In this document: piece by piece, positions 1-8,736 of the stretch
Position numbering within the stretch: position 1 is the stretch's first letter
How the letters are laid out: the number at the start of each line of letters is the position of its first letter
Origin: a virus
DNA length: 64,000 bases
IMG/VR virus record: IMGVR_UViG_3300050821_015552
Location: 1-64,000 of that record
Reading direction: 5' to 3' (one strand)
Translations under genes and position numbers: made by a program
The notes under the pieces: generated by a model
The model's input: the letters and a program-made list of their open reading frames with translations, nothing else
Databases searched by the model: none
Told to the model about the DNA's origin: nothing

Positions 1-56
1 GAATACCGAGCGACCATCGACCCTGTCCAGCCGCTCTTTCGGTGCGTGACGGCTCG

Positions 57-296
57 TCAGGATGTACTTGTGCCCCGTGTCGGCGCCGACGACGAGAAGT
101 CGTCGAGCTGCTGGCCGGACAGAAACTCCCGCAGCACGCGCGTCTGCGCTCGCGTCAACAGGCCCCTGCCGCTGTTGCCGCAGCCCCAGCAGGTGCACCT
201 GGGATCGTCGAGCTCGTCCACGTTCAGCAGCGTCGATAGCAGGCCGTCGTTGGCTGCGACGATGTCCTCGTGGCGCGTGCGGAGCGCTCGCCTCAT
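57..296 (-). CDS. Small hypothetical protein with CxCxxC motif
   Basis: ATG at 296 overlaps the recombinase stop (ATGA coupling); RCTCWGCG motif. Confidence 0.5.
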   Translation of the reverse strand: MRRALRTRHEDIVAANDGLLSTLLNVDELDDPRCTCWGCGNSGRGLLTRAQTRVLREFLSGQQLDDFSSSAPTRGTSTS

Positions 297-1474
297 CGCC
301 CCAGGATCTTCCTCATCGTCGCCACCTCGTCCTCCAGCCACGGCCGGAGCTTCCCCAGCACCAGCCAGGCCGCCTGGCGGTCGCTCGAGTGGTCGCGCAC
401 GAACGTCGCCACCTCTGCGGCCGTCGCACGCATCGGGTCCGGACGGTCCACCCAGTCGCAGAACGCCTCCCAGTGCGACCCTGACGGCCCCTGCGGGGGC
501 TTCCGTGGTCTCCCGGGCACCGCAGCGGCGGGGACGTGCGGCATGGCGATGAGCTCCGCCATCTCCCCTCCGAAGTCGCGGCGATTGTCGTCGTACTTAC
601 GCAGGGTTTCGAGGTTCTCGTGCCGGCTGAAACCGGCCGCCTTCCGCAGATCGCCGCCATTCCTGTCGAGTACCCCCGTGATCGCCGTGTGCCGAAGGCC
701 GTGGGGGCGCGTCCTGACTCCCACGCGCCTACCTAGCTTGCGGATAATCGAATAGATGGCGGACCCGGTCAAGCGGTGACCGTAGAAGCTGCCGTCGAGC
801 GCGATGAACATGGCGCCGGGCTCATCGCCCCGGATCTGGAGCCAGTCCTCGAGCGCGCGCCGAGCTGCCTGCGGAATCGTCACCCATTCCCGCTGCTTAC
901 GCTTCTTGCCCAGGACGGACAGAGCTCCGCGTTCGGGATCCCAGTGCTCCCGGTCCAGCCCCGTGACCTCCCCCCGTCGAAGTCCCCGGTCGTGCAGCAG
1001 GTGTACGATGGCCCGGTCGCGGATGCCCTTGGCGGTCTGGGGTAGCGCCTCAAGCATGCGCTGTACCGCCAGCTCGCCCGGCCCACGCGTGTCCCTGTAG
1101 GCCCTGGTGTCGATGTCCTTGATCTCGATCTTCCACGTGATCATCCCCAGCATCCGGCCGAGCTTCGTGATGGCTCGCAACGTCGAGATCCGCCGGTTGA
1201 TCGTCGCCGGGCTCAGCTCCTCCTCTACCAGGCTGCCCTGGAAGTTGAGGGCGAGCTCGTTGGCGCGTCCCCCGGAGAGCTGCAGGAGCCTCTCCGCTGC
1301 CTGCTCGCGGCCGGGCAGCTTCATGAACTTGGCCAGGACGTCGAGATCCTTGCCGTAGGCGCGCAGCGTGTGCTCGTTGCGAGCTCGCAGGAAGGCCGCC
1401 AGGAGCCTGCGGGCGGGGTTGTCGCGCTCGATCGACGCATCCGCCGGCTCCGGAGCGACGAGATCAGCGGCCAT
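293..1474 (-). CDS. Tyrosine recombinase/integrase (XerC-like) with C-terminal extension
   Basis: Catalytic set GLRRGE, K (GKKRK), HGLRH, FSRH, RKY; N-terminal core-binding domain. ORF is open to 1555; ATG at 1474 preferred. Confidence 0.92.
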   Translation of the reverse strand: MAADLVAPEPADASIERDNPARRLLAAFLRARNEHTLRAYGKDLDVLAKFMKLPGREQAAERLLQLSGGRANELALNFQGSLVEEELSPATINRRISTLRAITKLGRMLGMITWKIEIKDIDTRAYRDTRGPGELAVQRMLEALPQTAKGIRDRAIVHLLHDRGLRRGEVTGLDREHWDPERGALSVLGKKRKQREWVTIPQAARRALEDWLQIRGDEPGAMFIALDGSFYGHRLTGSAIYSIIRKLGRRVGVRTRPHGLRHTAITGVLDRNGGDLRKAAGFSRHENLETLRKYDDNRRDFGGEMAELIAMPHVPAAAVPGRPRKPPQGPSGSHWEAFCDWVDRPDPMRATAAEVATFVRDHSSDRQAAWLVLGKLRPWLEDEVATMRKILGR

Positions 1475-1736
1475 CCCGGGCCAAACCTGCACGATATTGC
1501 AGTTTTTCGCAACGGATTCGCATGCCTGGAGCTCGATCCGAGTCGTTTTCTCCAATGATTACGAGGATTTGACAATAGTAGAGTCCGCCATGTGCCGTGG
1601 CTTCCGCATTGGGCTCCTGAACAGTCCCCCGCACCCCGTAAACCGCTCCCATCTTCGCCAGCCCCCTCCGATAGCCCCGTCCACCGACGTCTCCCATGGC
1701 CGAAAACAAGCCCTATAGCGCATGAGCCCGCTAGCC

Positions 1737-1771
1737 TACAGATGAGCTAGACGGGTGTACGGATGAGCTAC
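1737..1771 (+). repeat. 13-bp direct repeat TAC(A/G)GATGAGCTA, 21-bp period
   Basis: tacagatgagcta at 1737 and tacggatgagcta at 1758, plus partial atgagc near 1722; lies upstream of the integrase. Confidence 0.55.
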
Positions 1772-1780
1772 GTTTTTCGC

Positions 1781-1809
1781 TGAATAAACGGCGGGTAGGG
1801 CCGTCTAAC
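1781..1809 (+). promoter_or_regulatory. ECF-sigma-type promoter motif TGAATA-N15-CGTCTAAC (copy 1)
   Basis: One of five fixed-spacing copies (1781, 1960, 2266, 22843, 23787). Confidence 0.65.
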
Positions 1810-1959
1810 CTGCTGAGAGCCGAAAGCGGGGCCAGGCGGTCCCGATCGGCTCGGAGGGTTGCCGCCATGGCGTGCATGTTCGTCTACCTCGGAAGCTTCT
1901 GGTACTTCGTGGCCCTTGGCGTGGAGACGTGCGCCCTTGTTTGGATCGATTCGCCGGAG

Positions 1960-1988
1960 TGAATAAACCGGCCCCACGGCCGTCTAAC
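1960..1988 (+). promoter_or_regulatory. ECF-sigma-type promoter motif (copy 2)
   Basis: tgaataaac-cggccccacg-gccgtctaac. Confidence 0.65.
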
Positions 1989-2110
1989 TTGTAGGTCCGA
2001 AACGATCGCCAGCGGGCGACGGTTTCCGGGTGAAAGGTAGGGTAAGCAGAGCGGCTCAACGCCGACGCCAAGGAGTTTGGCACCCTGCAACGCTTCCCCG
2101 TGGTGGTCCC

Positions 2111-2272
2111 GTGATCCGCCTGACCTTCTCCTTCCCCACCCCCGCCCACGCTTCCGACTTCGCAGAGGAGTGCCTGGACAGCTCCACCCAGCATCACCGG
2201 GTGGTCGAGGTCGAGACCACGCAACAGGCCGACGCGAGAGACTTGGCCCGCCGCCACGGCGGGCGTGAATAA
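2111..2272 (+). CDS. Small hypothetical protein
   Basis: GTG start, high-GC3 codons (MIRLTFSFPTP...). Confidence 0.55.
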   Translation: MIRLTFSFPTPAHASDFAEECLDSSTQHHRVVEVETTQQADARDLARRHGGRE

Positions 2273-2294
2273 ACGGCGCCGAGCGCCGTCCAAC
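2266..2294 (+). promoter_or_regulatory. ECF-sigma-type promoter motif (copy 3)
   Basis: tgaataaac-ggcgccgagc-gccgtccaac, upstream of GAAAGG and ATG 2315. Confidence 0.65.
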
Positions 2295-2314
2295 ATCTGA
2301 AAGGTAGAACGACG

Positions 2315-2689
2315 ATGAACGCGACGAGAGAGCAGATGGTGACGGCTGCCGGGGCGATGCTTCGGCAGTACAGGGACGAGGGCGGCAACGGCATCGACCA
2401 AGACGACGCGGCGGGCCTGTGCGAACAGATCCTCGCCCACGAGAGCGCGGCGGACATGGCGGTGCGCGCCTACGACACTGCGCTCGACGGCAGCGAGACG
2501 TTCGAGGGCGACGACCATCTGGGCTCCGCACTCGCGTACCTGATGGGAGCCATCCTCAAGGGCGGACACGTCGACCTGTTCGAGCCGTACACGCAGGACG
2601 CTCACATGGGTCCGCTGTATCACCTGCTCAAGATCCGGCTGCCGCACGGCGACCCGATCCTCGCGTTCTTTCGGGCGGTGACACCGTGA
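2315..2689 (+). CDS. Hypothetical protein
   Basis: 124 aa ORF, SD-like AAAGG, typical codon bias. Confidence 0.75.
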   Translation: MNATREQMVTAAGAMLRQYRDEGGNGIDQDDAAGLCEQILAHESAADMAVRAYDTALDGSETFEGDDHLGSALAYLMGAILKGGHVDLFEPYTQDAHMGPLYHLLKIRLPHGDPILAFFRAVTP

Positions 2690-3069
2690 TCCTCTCCCAC
2701 GGCACCTACAACCCCGGCGCGCGCCCCTTCGCCCCGCAGCCGGTCTGCCGCTTCGACGGCGACAAGAAGATCGGCGACCCCGGCGTCACCTACGAGTTCA
2801 ACGTCAAGATCTACGGCCTCGCGTCCAACGCCGATCAGGTCGACTGGGACGACGAGGTTTCGACGGCCCTGTCGCACTTCAAGCTGCGAGCTCGCCTGCG
2901 CTGGCCGTGGATCGGGAGCATCGAGTTCTCCGGCCGCTCCGGAGGCTGGCTTGCCGTCGAGGATCCGCAGGGCAAGATGACCAAGCGGTCGCTCGAAGCG
3001 ATGCAGAAGGTGGTCGCCAAGGGGCTCGCCGCATTCAAGCGGCACATGATCAGAACGTATCCGAGGTAG
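2686..3069 (+). CDS. Hypothetical phage protein (GRSGGWL motif)
   Basis: GTGA overlap with the upstream stop; FSGRSGGWL motif. Confidence 0.7.
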   Translation: MILSHGTYNPGARPFAPQPVCRFDGDKKIGDPGVTYEFNVKIYGLASNADQVDWDDEVSTALSHFKLRARLRWPWIGSIEFSGRSGGWLAVEDPQGKMTKRSLEAMQKVVAKGLAAFKRHMIRTYPR

Positions 3070-3078
3070 AATCACGCT

Positions 3079-3180
3079 TCACCGCCGAAGCCTGCGCGCC
3101 CTCGGGAGAGCACCCGTTCTACCTTTCGGGCAAGAGCCCTAGAGGGCGCGTGGACTTCGGCGGTGAGCCGAGAAAGGTAG
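3079..3180 (+). ncRNA. Structured leader RNA: long hairpin whose loop is complementary to the downstream RBS region
   Basis: 3079-3090 pairs perfectly with 3155-3166; gcgcgccctc pairs with gagggcgcgt; apical ctacctttc is complementary to gaaaggtag (3172-3180); TAGAAT at 3067. Confidence 0.6.
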
Positions 3181-3187
3181 GAGGACG

Positions 3188-3466
3188 ATGAACGGAGCAG
3201 AGAAGGATCGCATCGAGGACGAGGGCACCGAAACCGTGGACGACGGCGCCCCCAAGAAGACCGCCACCAGCACCGACCGCTTCACCGGAGCCGTCAGCAT
3301 CGGCAGCGAGGACGGCGCCCCCATCCAGCTCGCCACGCGCGGCGGGCAGGTGGTGCTCACGGTGCCTGCCATCGCGGACAGGGGCTACGTGCTGTCCGAG
3401 GAGGAGGCGTGGTGCCTGGCGAGGCAACTTGACCTAGCGTGCCGGCGAGCTCGGAGGGCAGCGTGA
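3188..3466 (+). CDS. Hypothetical protein
   Basis: Strong SD GGAGG before the ATG. Confidence 0.75.
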   Translation: MNGAEKDRIEDEGTETVDDGAPKKTATSTDRFTGAVSIGSEDGAPIQLATRGGQVVLTVPAIADRGYVLSEEEAWCLARQLDLACRRARRAA

Positions 3467-3726
3467 TCGTCCACAACGGTTCCGCCGTCGCCGCACCGCT
3501 ACGAGCGCCCAACGTCCGCGCGGTGCTCCGCACCGTCCGCGACGGCGGCAAGCTCGACGGCCTGCACCTGCCGACGCTCGAGGCGATGACCGAGGCCGTG
3601 AGCAACGGCTGGCTCGAGGTGCTCAACGACCACCGGCCGGTCAAGCAGTGGCGCTATCGTTTGACCGTCGAGGGGAAGAAGCAAGCGGGGCCGGCGCTGC
3701 GGCTCATCGTTGGCGGGCTGCGGTGA
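3463..3726 (+). CDS. Hypothetical protein, possible winged helix
   Basis: GTGA overlap; C-terminal YRLTVEGK wing-like motif. Confidence 0.65.
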   Translation: MIVHNGSAVAAPLRAPNVRAVLRTVRDGGKLDGLHLPTLEAMTEAVSNGWLEVLNDHRPVKQWRYRLTVEGKKQAGPALRLIVGGLR

Positions 3727-3775
3727 AAACGTTGCTTGAGTATGCCCCCGGAGGGTTCCGGGCGCATGTTTCTAC

Positions 3776-3804
3776 TTGACGCAAGTTGCAACAAGCTGCA
3801 TAAC
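3776..3804 (+). promoter_or_regulatory. Sigma70-type promoter of the tRNA
   Basis: TTGACG-17 bp-CATAAC, 8 nt before the tRNA. Confidence 0.6.
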
Positions 3805-3812
3805 ACCACTCG

Positions 3813-3888
3813 ACCCTCGTAGCTCATTGGCAGAGCACCAGTCTACGGAACTGGGGGTAGGCCGTTCGATTCGGCCCGGCGGGTCCCA
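3813..3888 (+). tRNA. tRNA-Arg: tRNA with ACG anticodon (Arg), atypical acceptor stem
   Basis: D arm GCTC/GAGC; anticodon arm CCAGT-CTACGGA-ACTGG; T arm GGCCG-TTCGATT-CGGCC; encoded CCA; acceptor stem pairs only with a 1-nt bulge. Confidence 0.8.
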
Positions 3889-3942
3889 CTTTCGACATTC
3901 CACCACGGCAAGCTCCGTCGCAGCGGAGCGCGGGAGACGACC

Positions 3943-5538
3943 ATGCAGACGTCAACGATGGGGTTCGAGCCACGCGAGGATGACGACTACGCTGCGCTTC
4001 TGAGGCGCCTGCACGAGGCGGCACTGACGCCGCTGCCACTCTTCACGACCGACGCGACGGGGCTCTATGACGCGCTCCTGGGTGGTCTGCCAGCCGACCG
4101 GCGACAGCACTACGTCTGCCGCACGTGCCGGCACTTCGTCGACCGCTACGGCGGCCTCGTGACCATCGACGAGTCGGGCACGGCGACGTCGCCGCTCTGG
4201 GACGGCTGGGCGATCCCGCGGTTCTTCTCGGAGGCGATCCGTGCCATGTCGCGCATCGTGAGCAAGGCGCGCGTGACTGGCGTGTTCCTGGCCGACGAGT
4301 CGGTCCTGGGCAACCCGGCGAACAGTAGCCCCAAGGCGCCGACCGGCACCTGGCACCACATGCACTCGCTGGTCAAGCCGGCGAAGCGCAGCGCGTTGCT
4401 GACGGCCGATCAGACCGCGGCCGAGAAGCGCGAGGACTACGGCACCCTCTGCCGAGGGCTCGCGGAGTTCTCGCCCGAGCTGGTCCGGCAGGCGCACACG
4501 CTGCTCACGACGGGCGGCCTGTACCGTTCGGAGAAGTGCATCGGAACGGCCAAGTGGCTGCTCGATCTGCACGAGGCTCGCGAGGCGACCAAGCACACGA
4601 AGGCGCGCGAGCACCTGACGTGGCGCGCGGTGGCGCTGGCGCCGCCTGGCTTCTGCCACGTGCGATCGACGATGATCGGGACGCTCCTGGAAGACCTGGC
4701 CGCTGGCAAGGACTTCGCAGCGGTCAAGCGCGCCTTCGACGAGAAGATGCACCCGCTCCAGTACCAGCGCCCGACCGCGCAGCCGACCGACGGTCAGCTC
4801 GCGCAGGCCGAGAAGGTCGTCGAGAAGTTGTCTTCTGCCGGTTCGCTCGCGCGCCGGTTCGCGACGCTGGATGACATCGCAGACGACGCGGTGTGGATGC
4901 CAAAGGAACGCGCGGACAAGCCGACCGGCGGCAGCGTCTTCGGGCACCTGAAGGCGGGACGCGGGGCGGCGCCGTTGGATGTGCCGGCGCAGACGATGAC
5001 GTGGGACAAGTTCTGGCGCACGGTGCTCCCCGAGGCCGAGATCGTCGAGTGCTTCGTCCCGACGCACTCCAACTTCTTCGCGTTCGTGACCGCGGCGGAC
5101 GCCGAGTCGCCGCCCATCCTGCAGTGGGACAGCGAGGGCTCGCGCAGCCCGGTGAGCTGGTACGTGTACAACGGCGGCTCGTCGGCGTCGCAGTGGGGCG
5201 TCCCGGGCGGCACCTTCGTCGCCGTGAAGGCCATCACGACGCAGCCTTCCGCGTGGGGCGAGGGTCGCGAGCACCAGGGCAACGGCGTCTACGTCGTGCT
5301 CGACGGCGCGCGCGACAGCCGCAAGTCTGGGCTGGCCCTGTTCCCCGAGATCCTGAAGTCCGACTACCACGGCATCCGTGCGGCCCTGGAGGCGTACTCT
5401 CGCTCGCGCGAGATCGCACCGGTCGACTGCCCGGCCGCCGGCCTGGCGTTCCAGAAGAGCAACGGACGCTGGGACGCGACGCTGCGTGTCACCTCGAAGG
5501 GTACGCGCGTCACCTACAAGCTCGACAGGTGGGACTGA
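3943..5538 (+). CDS. Conserved-looking hypothetical phage protein (531 aa)
   Basis: Long ORF with strong codon bias; CRTCRHF and HPLQYQRP motifs; no function recognised. Confidence 0.85.
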   Translation: MQTSTMGFEPREDDDYAALLRRLHEAALTPLPLFTTDATGLYDALLGGLPADRRQHYVCRTCRHFVDRYGGLVTIDESGTATSPLWDGWAIPRFFSEAIRAMSRIVSKARVTGVFLADESVLGNPANSSPKAPTGTWHHMHSLVKPAKRSALLTADQTAAEKREDYGTLCRGLAEFSPELVRQAHTLLTTGGLYRSEKCIGTAKWLLDLHEAREATKHTKAREHLTWRAVALAPPGFCHVRSTMIGTLLEDLAAGKDFAAVKRAFDEKMHPLQYQRPTAQPTDGQLAQAEKVVEKLSSAGSLARRFATLDDIADDAVWMPKERADKPTGGSVFGHLKAGRGAAPLDVPAQTMTWDKFWRTVLPEAEIVECFVPTHSNFFAFVTAADAESPPILQWDSEGSRSPVSWYVYNGGSSASQWGVPGGTFVAVKAITTQPSAWGEGREHQGNGVYVVLDGARDSRKSGLALFPEILKSDYHGIRAALEAYSRSREIAPVDCPAAGLAFQKSNGRWDATLRVTSKGTRVTYKLDRWD

Positions 5539-5708
5539 TGGAACTCGACCGACCGACCATCATGCGGATCGCCCTTGAGGCTCAGCTCGACCCGCGTACC
5601 GTCAGGCGCGCCATCGACCATGGGATCGACTCGCTCCAGAGCGACCATTCCAAGGCGCGGCTGCGCAGTGCGCTCAAGAGGTTGAAGTGCGAAAACCTCG
5701 TCAAGTAG
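5538..5708 (+). CDS. Small HTH DNA-binding protein
   Basis: TGATG coupling; IMRIALEAQLDPRTVRRAI HTH pattern. Confidence 0.65.
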   Translation: MELDRPTIMRIALEAQLDPRTVRRAIDHGIDSLQSDHSKARLRSALKRLKCENLVK

Positions 5709-5737
5709 ACGAGGAACGATCGTCTAGGAATGCCCCC

Positions 5738-5944
5738 ATGAGCCTCCACCCGTACCGACACTCGACGCCGCCATCCCAACCTCGACGCGCCTCGTGGTGG
5801 CGCCGCCTGGTCGCGTGGCTCCAGGGTCGGCCCCGGTGGGGAACGTGCCCCAACTGTCACCAGCCGTTCCGGTCGTGGGCCGAGTCGAGGGCAAGGATGC
5901 ACCTGCCGGACGCTGGCGCACTTCGCTGGAGTCGCTTCGGATAG
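5738..5944 (+). CDS. Small hypothetical protein (CPNC)
   Basis: ATG directly after the GAATGCCCCC motif. Confidence 0.5.
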   Translation: MSLHPYRHSTPPSQPRRASWWRRLVAWLQGRPRWGTCPNCHQPFRSWAESRARMHLPDAGALRWSRFG

Positions 5945-5974
5945 CTGTCTACGAATGCCCCCGGAGGACCACCG

Positions 5975-6166
5975 ATGAATCACACCCTGGAAGTCACTGA
6001 CGTGTGCGGTCACACCCACCACTACGTCGACCAGTCGACCGACGAAGCCTTCGGCAAGGTCGGACCGAAGTGGCCGGTCAAGCTCGACGGGGTGCCGGGC
6101 GAGTTCCTGCACTTCAAGTCGGGCAAGATCCTGTTCGTGCCCGAGCACACAAGACTCGTGAAGTGA
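5975..6166 (+). CDS. Small hypothetical protein
   Basis: SD GGAGG. Confidence 0.65.
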   Translation: MNHTLEVTDVCGHTHHYVDQSTDEAFGKVGPKWPVKLDGVPGEFLHFKSGKILFVPEHTRLVK

Positions 6167-6194
6167 TCGCCGTAATCTGCCCCTGAGGGTCAAC

Positions 6195-6440
6195 ATGAGG
6201 AATCATGACCGAGCGAAGGCGTACCTGGACGCCCACATGCGCTACATGCGGAGCGACTTGACGGACCTGCGGGTCGTCATCGACGAGGCATGCGCCGAGG
6301 CCGTCGAGGAAGAGAAGGCTGAGCATCGGGAGATGATCCGGTCGCTCCTAGTGACGCTCCAGTACCCCGACCTGTGGGAGAAGCGCGTCACGAAGGCGCT
6401 CGACTACCTGGACTCGCTGTCGAAGAGATACGGGAAGTGA
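6195..6440 (+). CDS. Small hypothetical protein
   Basis: SD GAGG; helical. Confidence 0.7.
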   Translation: MRNHDRAKAYLDAHMRYMRSDLTDLRVVIDEACAEAVEEEKAEHREMIRSLLVTLQYPDLWEKRVTKALDYLDSLSKRYGK

Positions 6441-6502
6441 TCGTCAAGGAATGCCCCTGGAGGTCCGGGCGGCTACGAATTGAGACGAAAGGAACAGGAG
6501 CC

Positions 6503-6874
6503 ATGTCGAAGACGAACGGCAAGATCGCAACGCGCGGAGAGGCTGCGGCGAAGGCGTATGCACAACTCATCGACGCTCTTATTACGTGGGAAGAAGCGGA
6601 AGAGCTGACACCCGCCGAAAAAAAGGAGGTGGTGCGACGGGTCAAGGAACTGGATATGACTCGGGCGGACGCCGAGGCCGAGGTGCGGGAGGAGCGAGAG
6701 GATGCTCAGAAAGACGCGGATAAGGAGGAGAACGAAGAGCGCACCAATCTCGCGGTGCTCCGTCATCGCAGCTACCTGCCGTTCGTGCGCGCCGGTCTCA
6801 TGACAGTGGCCGAGGCCGTTCGCGAGGTGGGGGCGAACCGATCGGCGGACGGCCTGGGGCAGGAGCGTGAGTAG
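6503..6874 (+). CDS. Charged helical hypothetical protein, lower GC
   Basis: SD AGGAG; many A/T-ending codons. Confidence 0.65.
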   Translation: MSKTNGKIATRGEAAAKAYAQLIDALITWEEAEELTPAEKKEVVRRVKELDMTRADAEAEVREEREDAQKDADKEENEERTNLAVLRHRSYLPFVRAGLMTVAEAVREVGANRSADGLGQERE

Positions 6875-7520
6875 TCTACTGACGCGCACGCGGCCAGACA
6901 TCTGGGCGCACGGCATCGCGCTCGCAACGGGCGCGACGGGACTCTCGTTCGTGCCCAAGCTGCCCCTTTCGGATGGCACTATCTACGCGTGCGGCGGCAG
7001 CACCGTGCAGTGGGTGCCTCCGGGCGAGCAAGAGCCGGTACTGAGACGACGTCGGCGCCGCGAGCCGTCGCATGTGCCCGGTCATAGAGAGCCGACACCG
7101 AAGCACATCCGGCCGGACAGCAATGCATCGAGCGTCTTCGTCCCCGAAGGCGCAATGGAGTGGCTGCTTCACGAGGTCGGCCATTACGTCGCCGCCTCTC
7201 CCGAGGAGCGCTTGCTGCGAAACTACGGCGTGAGCGAGTCGGAGTACGGACACGACGGGGAGCGCGAGTGGCAGGCGTGGGCCTTTGAGGAGATTGTGCT
7301 CGCGCCGTTTGGACCGTCGCGCCTCTTCGCCCCGCCATCCCAGCGCGACGGCGCAGCCTACGCCCGTAGCGGCCCGATGCCGGCCGCATGCCTTCGTCAC
7401 GTCGAGCGCCAGATCGAGGCGCTTGGTCTCGACGTCGAGAGGTGGCGGGTCGAGTGGGGAGAGTGGGTGCGATGGGGTACGGCGATGGGCGCAGCCGCTC
7501 CCTGGCGGTCGGTCAACTGA
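6867..7520 (+). CDS. HExxH metallopeptidase-like protein
   Basis: LLHEVGHY followed by a distal Glu motif (EREWQAWAFE). Confidence 0.55.
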   Translation: MSSLLTRTRPDIWAHGIALATGATGLSFVPKLPLSDGTIYACGGSTVQWVPPGEQEPVLRRRRRREPSHVPGHREPTPKHIRPDSNASSVFVPEGAMEWLLHEVGHYVAASPEERLLRNYGVSESEYGHDGEREWQAWAFEEIVLAPFGPSRLFAPPSQRDGAAYARSGPMPAACLRHVERQIEALGLDVERWRVEWGEWVRWGTAMGAAAPWRSVN

Positions 7521-7727
7521 GACGCTCGGGATCGAGCAACGATCCTCTACGAATGCCCCCGGACCTCCACAAACCGGACCTCGCGGGGCAGAAAACGCCG
7601 AATACGCCGAGAATCGTACACCTGAGTATTGACTCCAGCGCGCCCGGTGCCACACTGGATGAAGAACGGCCGGGCGACGCTGCAAACGTCCCCGGCCCTG
7701 GCGCAAGGGCAAAGGAGGCCCTCGCAC

Positions 7728-7937
7728 ATGAGCAACACTAGCACGACCGTCACGGACCTCTGCGCCGACCCGCTCTGCATGGGCGAGGCGACGCACGACA
7801 TGATCTCGCGCGTCCCCGGCTTCCGCACCAAGATGTGCGACGACCACCGCAAGCGCGTGCTGGCCGCTGCCGAGAAGGCTGGGTTCAGCGCCGAGAAGAT
7901 CGCGTCGCTGGACATCAAGCCGCTGCGGGGTACGTGA
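7728..7937 (+). CDS. Small Cys-containing protein
   Basis: SD AGGAGG; CADPLC...CDDH. Confidence 0.65.
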   Translation: MSNTSTTVTDLCADPLCMGEATHDMISRVPGFRTKMCDDHRKRVLAAAEKAGFSAEKIASLDIKPLRGT

Positions 7938-8326
7938 TGGACCACGCGAAAGCTGCGCTGGCGACGCGCAAGTTCACCCGGACGATGTCCGACCCCGAGG
8001 GCACGAAGCTCATCGAGTTGATGTGCCGCGTGGTCATCGAGGCGAAGAAGGCGTGCGCCGAGGCCAGTACCTACGGCGCCATCGGCGGCGAGGAACTGGT
8101 CCCTTTGCAAGAGGCGCTCGACGCGCTCGACGACAGGGCCGTCAAGTCTGCTCTGGAGTCGTACCTCGCCAGCATGCGCTGGGGCGTCTGGATCCACGAC
8201 TCGTCGCCCGGTTGGCTGCTAGACGACAACGAGGAGCCGTGGGCGGGGACCGAGATGGAAGCCCGCCTCAAGGTCAACGAGCGCGCCACGATGCCGGACC
8301 GCTGCGAAGCGCGGGTGCTGCCGTGA
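7937..8326 (+). CDS. Hypothetical protein
   Basis: Coupled start; codon bias. Confidence 0.7.
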   Translation: MDHAKAALATRKFTRTMSDPEGTKLIELMCRVVIEAKKACAEASTYGAIGGEELVPLQEALDALDDRAVKSALESYLASMRWGVWIHDSSPGWLLDDNEEPWAGTEMEARLKVNERATMPDRCEARVLP

Positions 8327-8736
8327 CCGACACGCGAACGGACGCGGAGGTCGCGAAGTCCGCTGAAGCGTACGGGCTGCCCACGACGTACCGTGCTGCC
8401 GTCGAGGAGGTGCACGAGTGGCGCGAGGCGTCGCAGGTCGACGGCTACTTCACGCCGGCCTCGCTGAGGAAGTATCTCGTCAGCCAGGGGCAGCACCACG
8501 ACGAGCATCACGCCCGCGAGAAGCGGCTCCAGGGGCTTGCGCTCAAGGCGCTGAAGCGCCGCAAGAAAGCTGAGACGGATGGCGCAGCCAGCATCGCGTA
8601 CGACTTCGCGGCGGCCGGCTACCTCGACGAGATCCTGACTGCGCTCCTCGTCGATCAGGAAGGCGTCTGCTTCGCCTGCGAGGATGCGCCCACGGGGGCG
8701 GACGGACGCGCATCGTTCTGTCCGCTGCACCGATGA
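8323..8736 (+). CDS. Hypothetical protein with C-terminal zinc-finger-like motif
   Basis: CFAC...CPLH; GTGA overlap. Confidence 0.65.
   Translation: MTDTRTDAEVAKSAEAYGLPTTYRAAVEEVHEWREASQVDGYFTPASLRKYLVSQGQHHDEHHAREKRLQGLALKALKRRKKAETDGAASIAYDFAAAGYLDEILTALLVDQEGVCFACEDAPTGADGRASFCPLHR

Noticed and set aside
1567-1594. dif-like XerCD site
   Set aside because: Only one arm resembles the XerD box; no plausible XerC arm.
2046-2088. c-di-GMP-I riboswitch
   Set aside because: Only a loose GACGC-AAG resemblance; the GAAA tetraloop/receptor architecture is missing.
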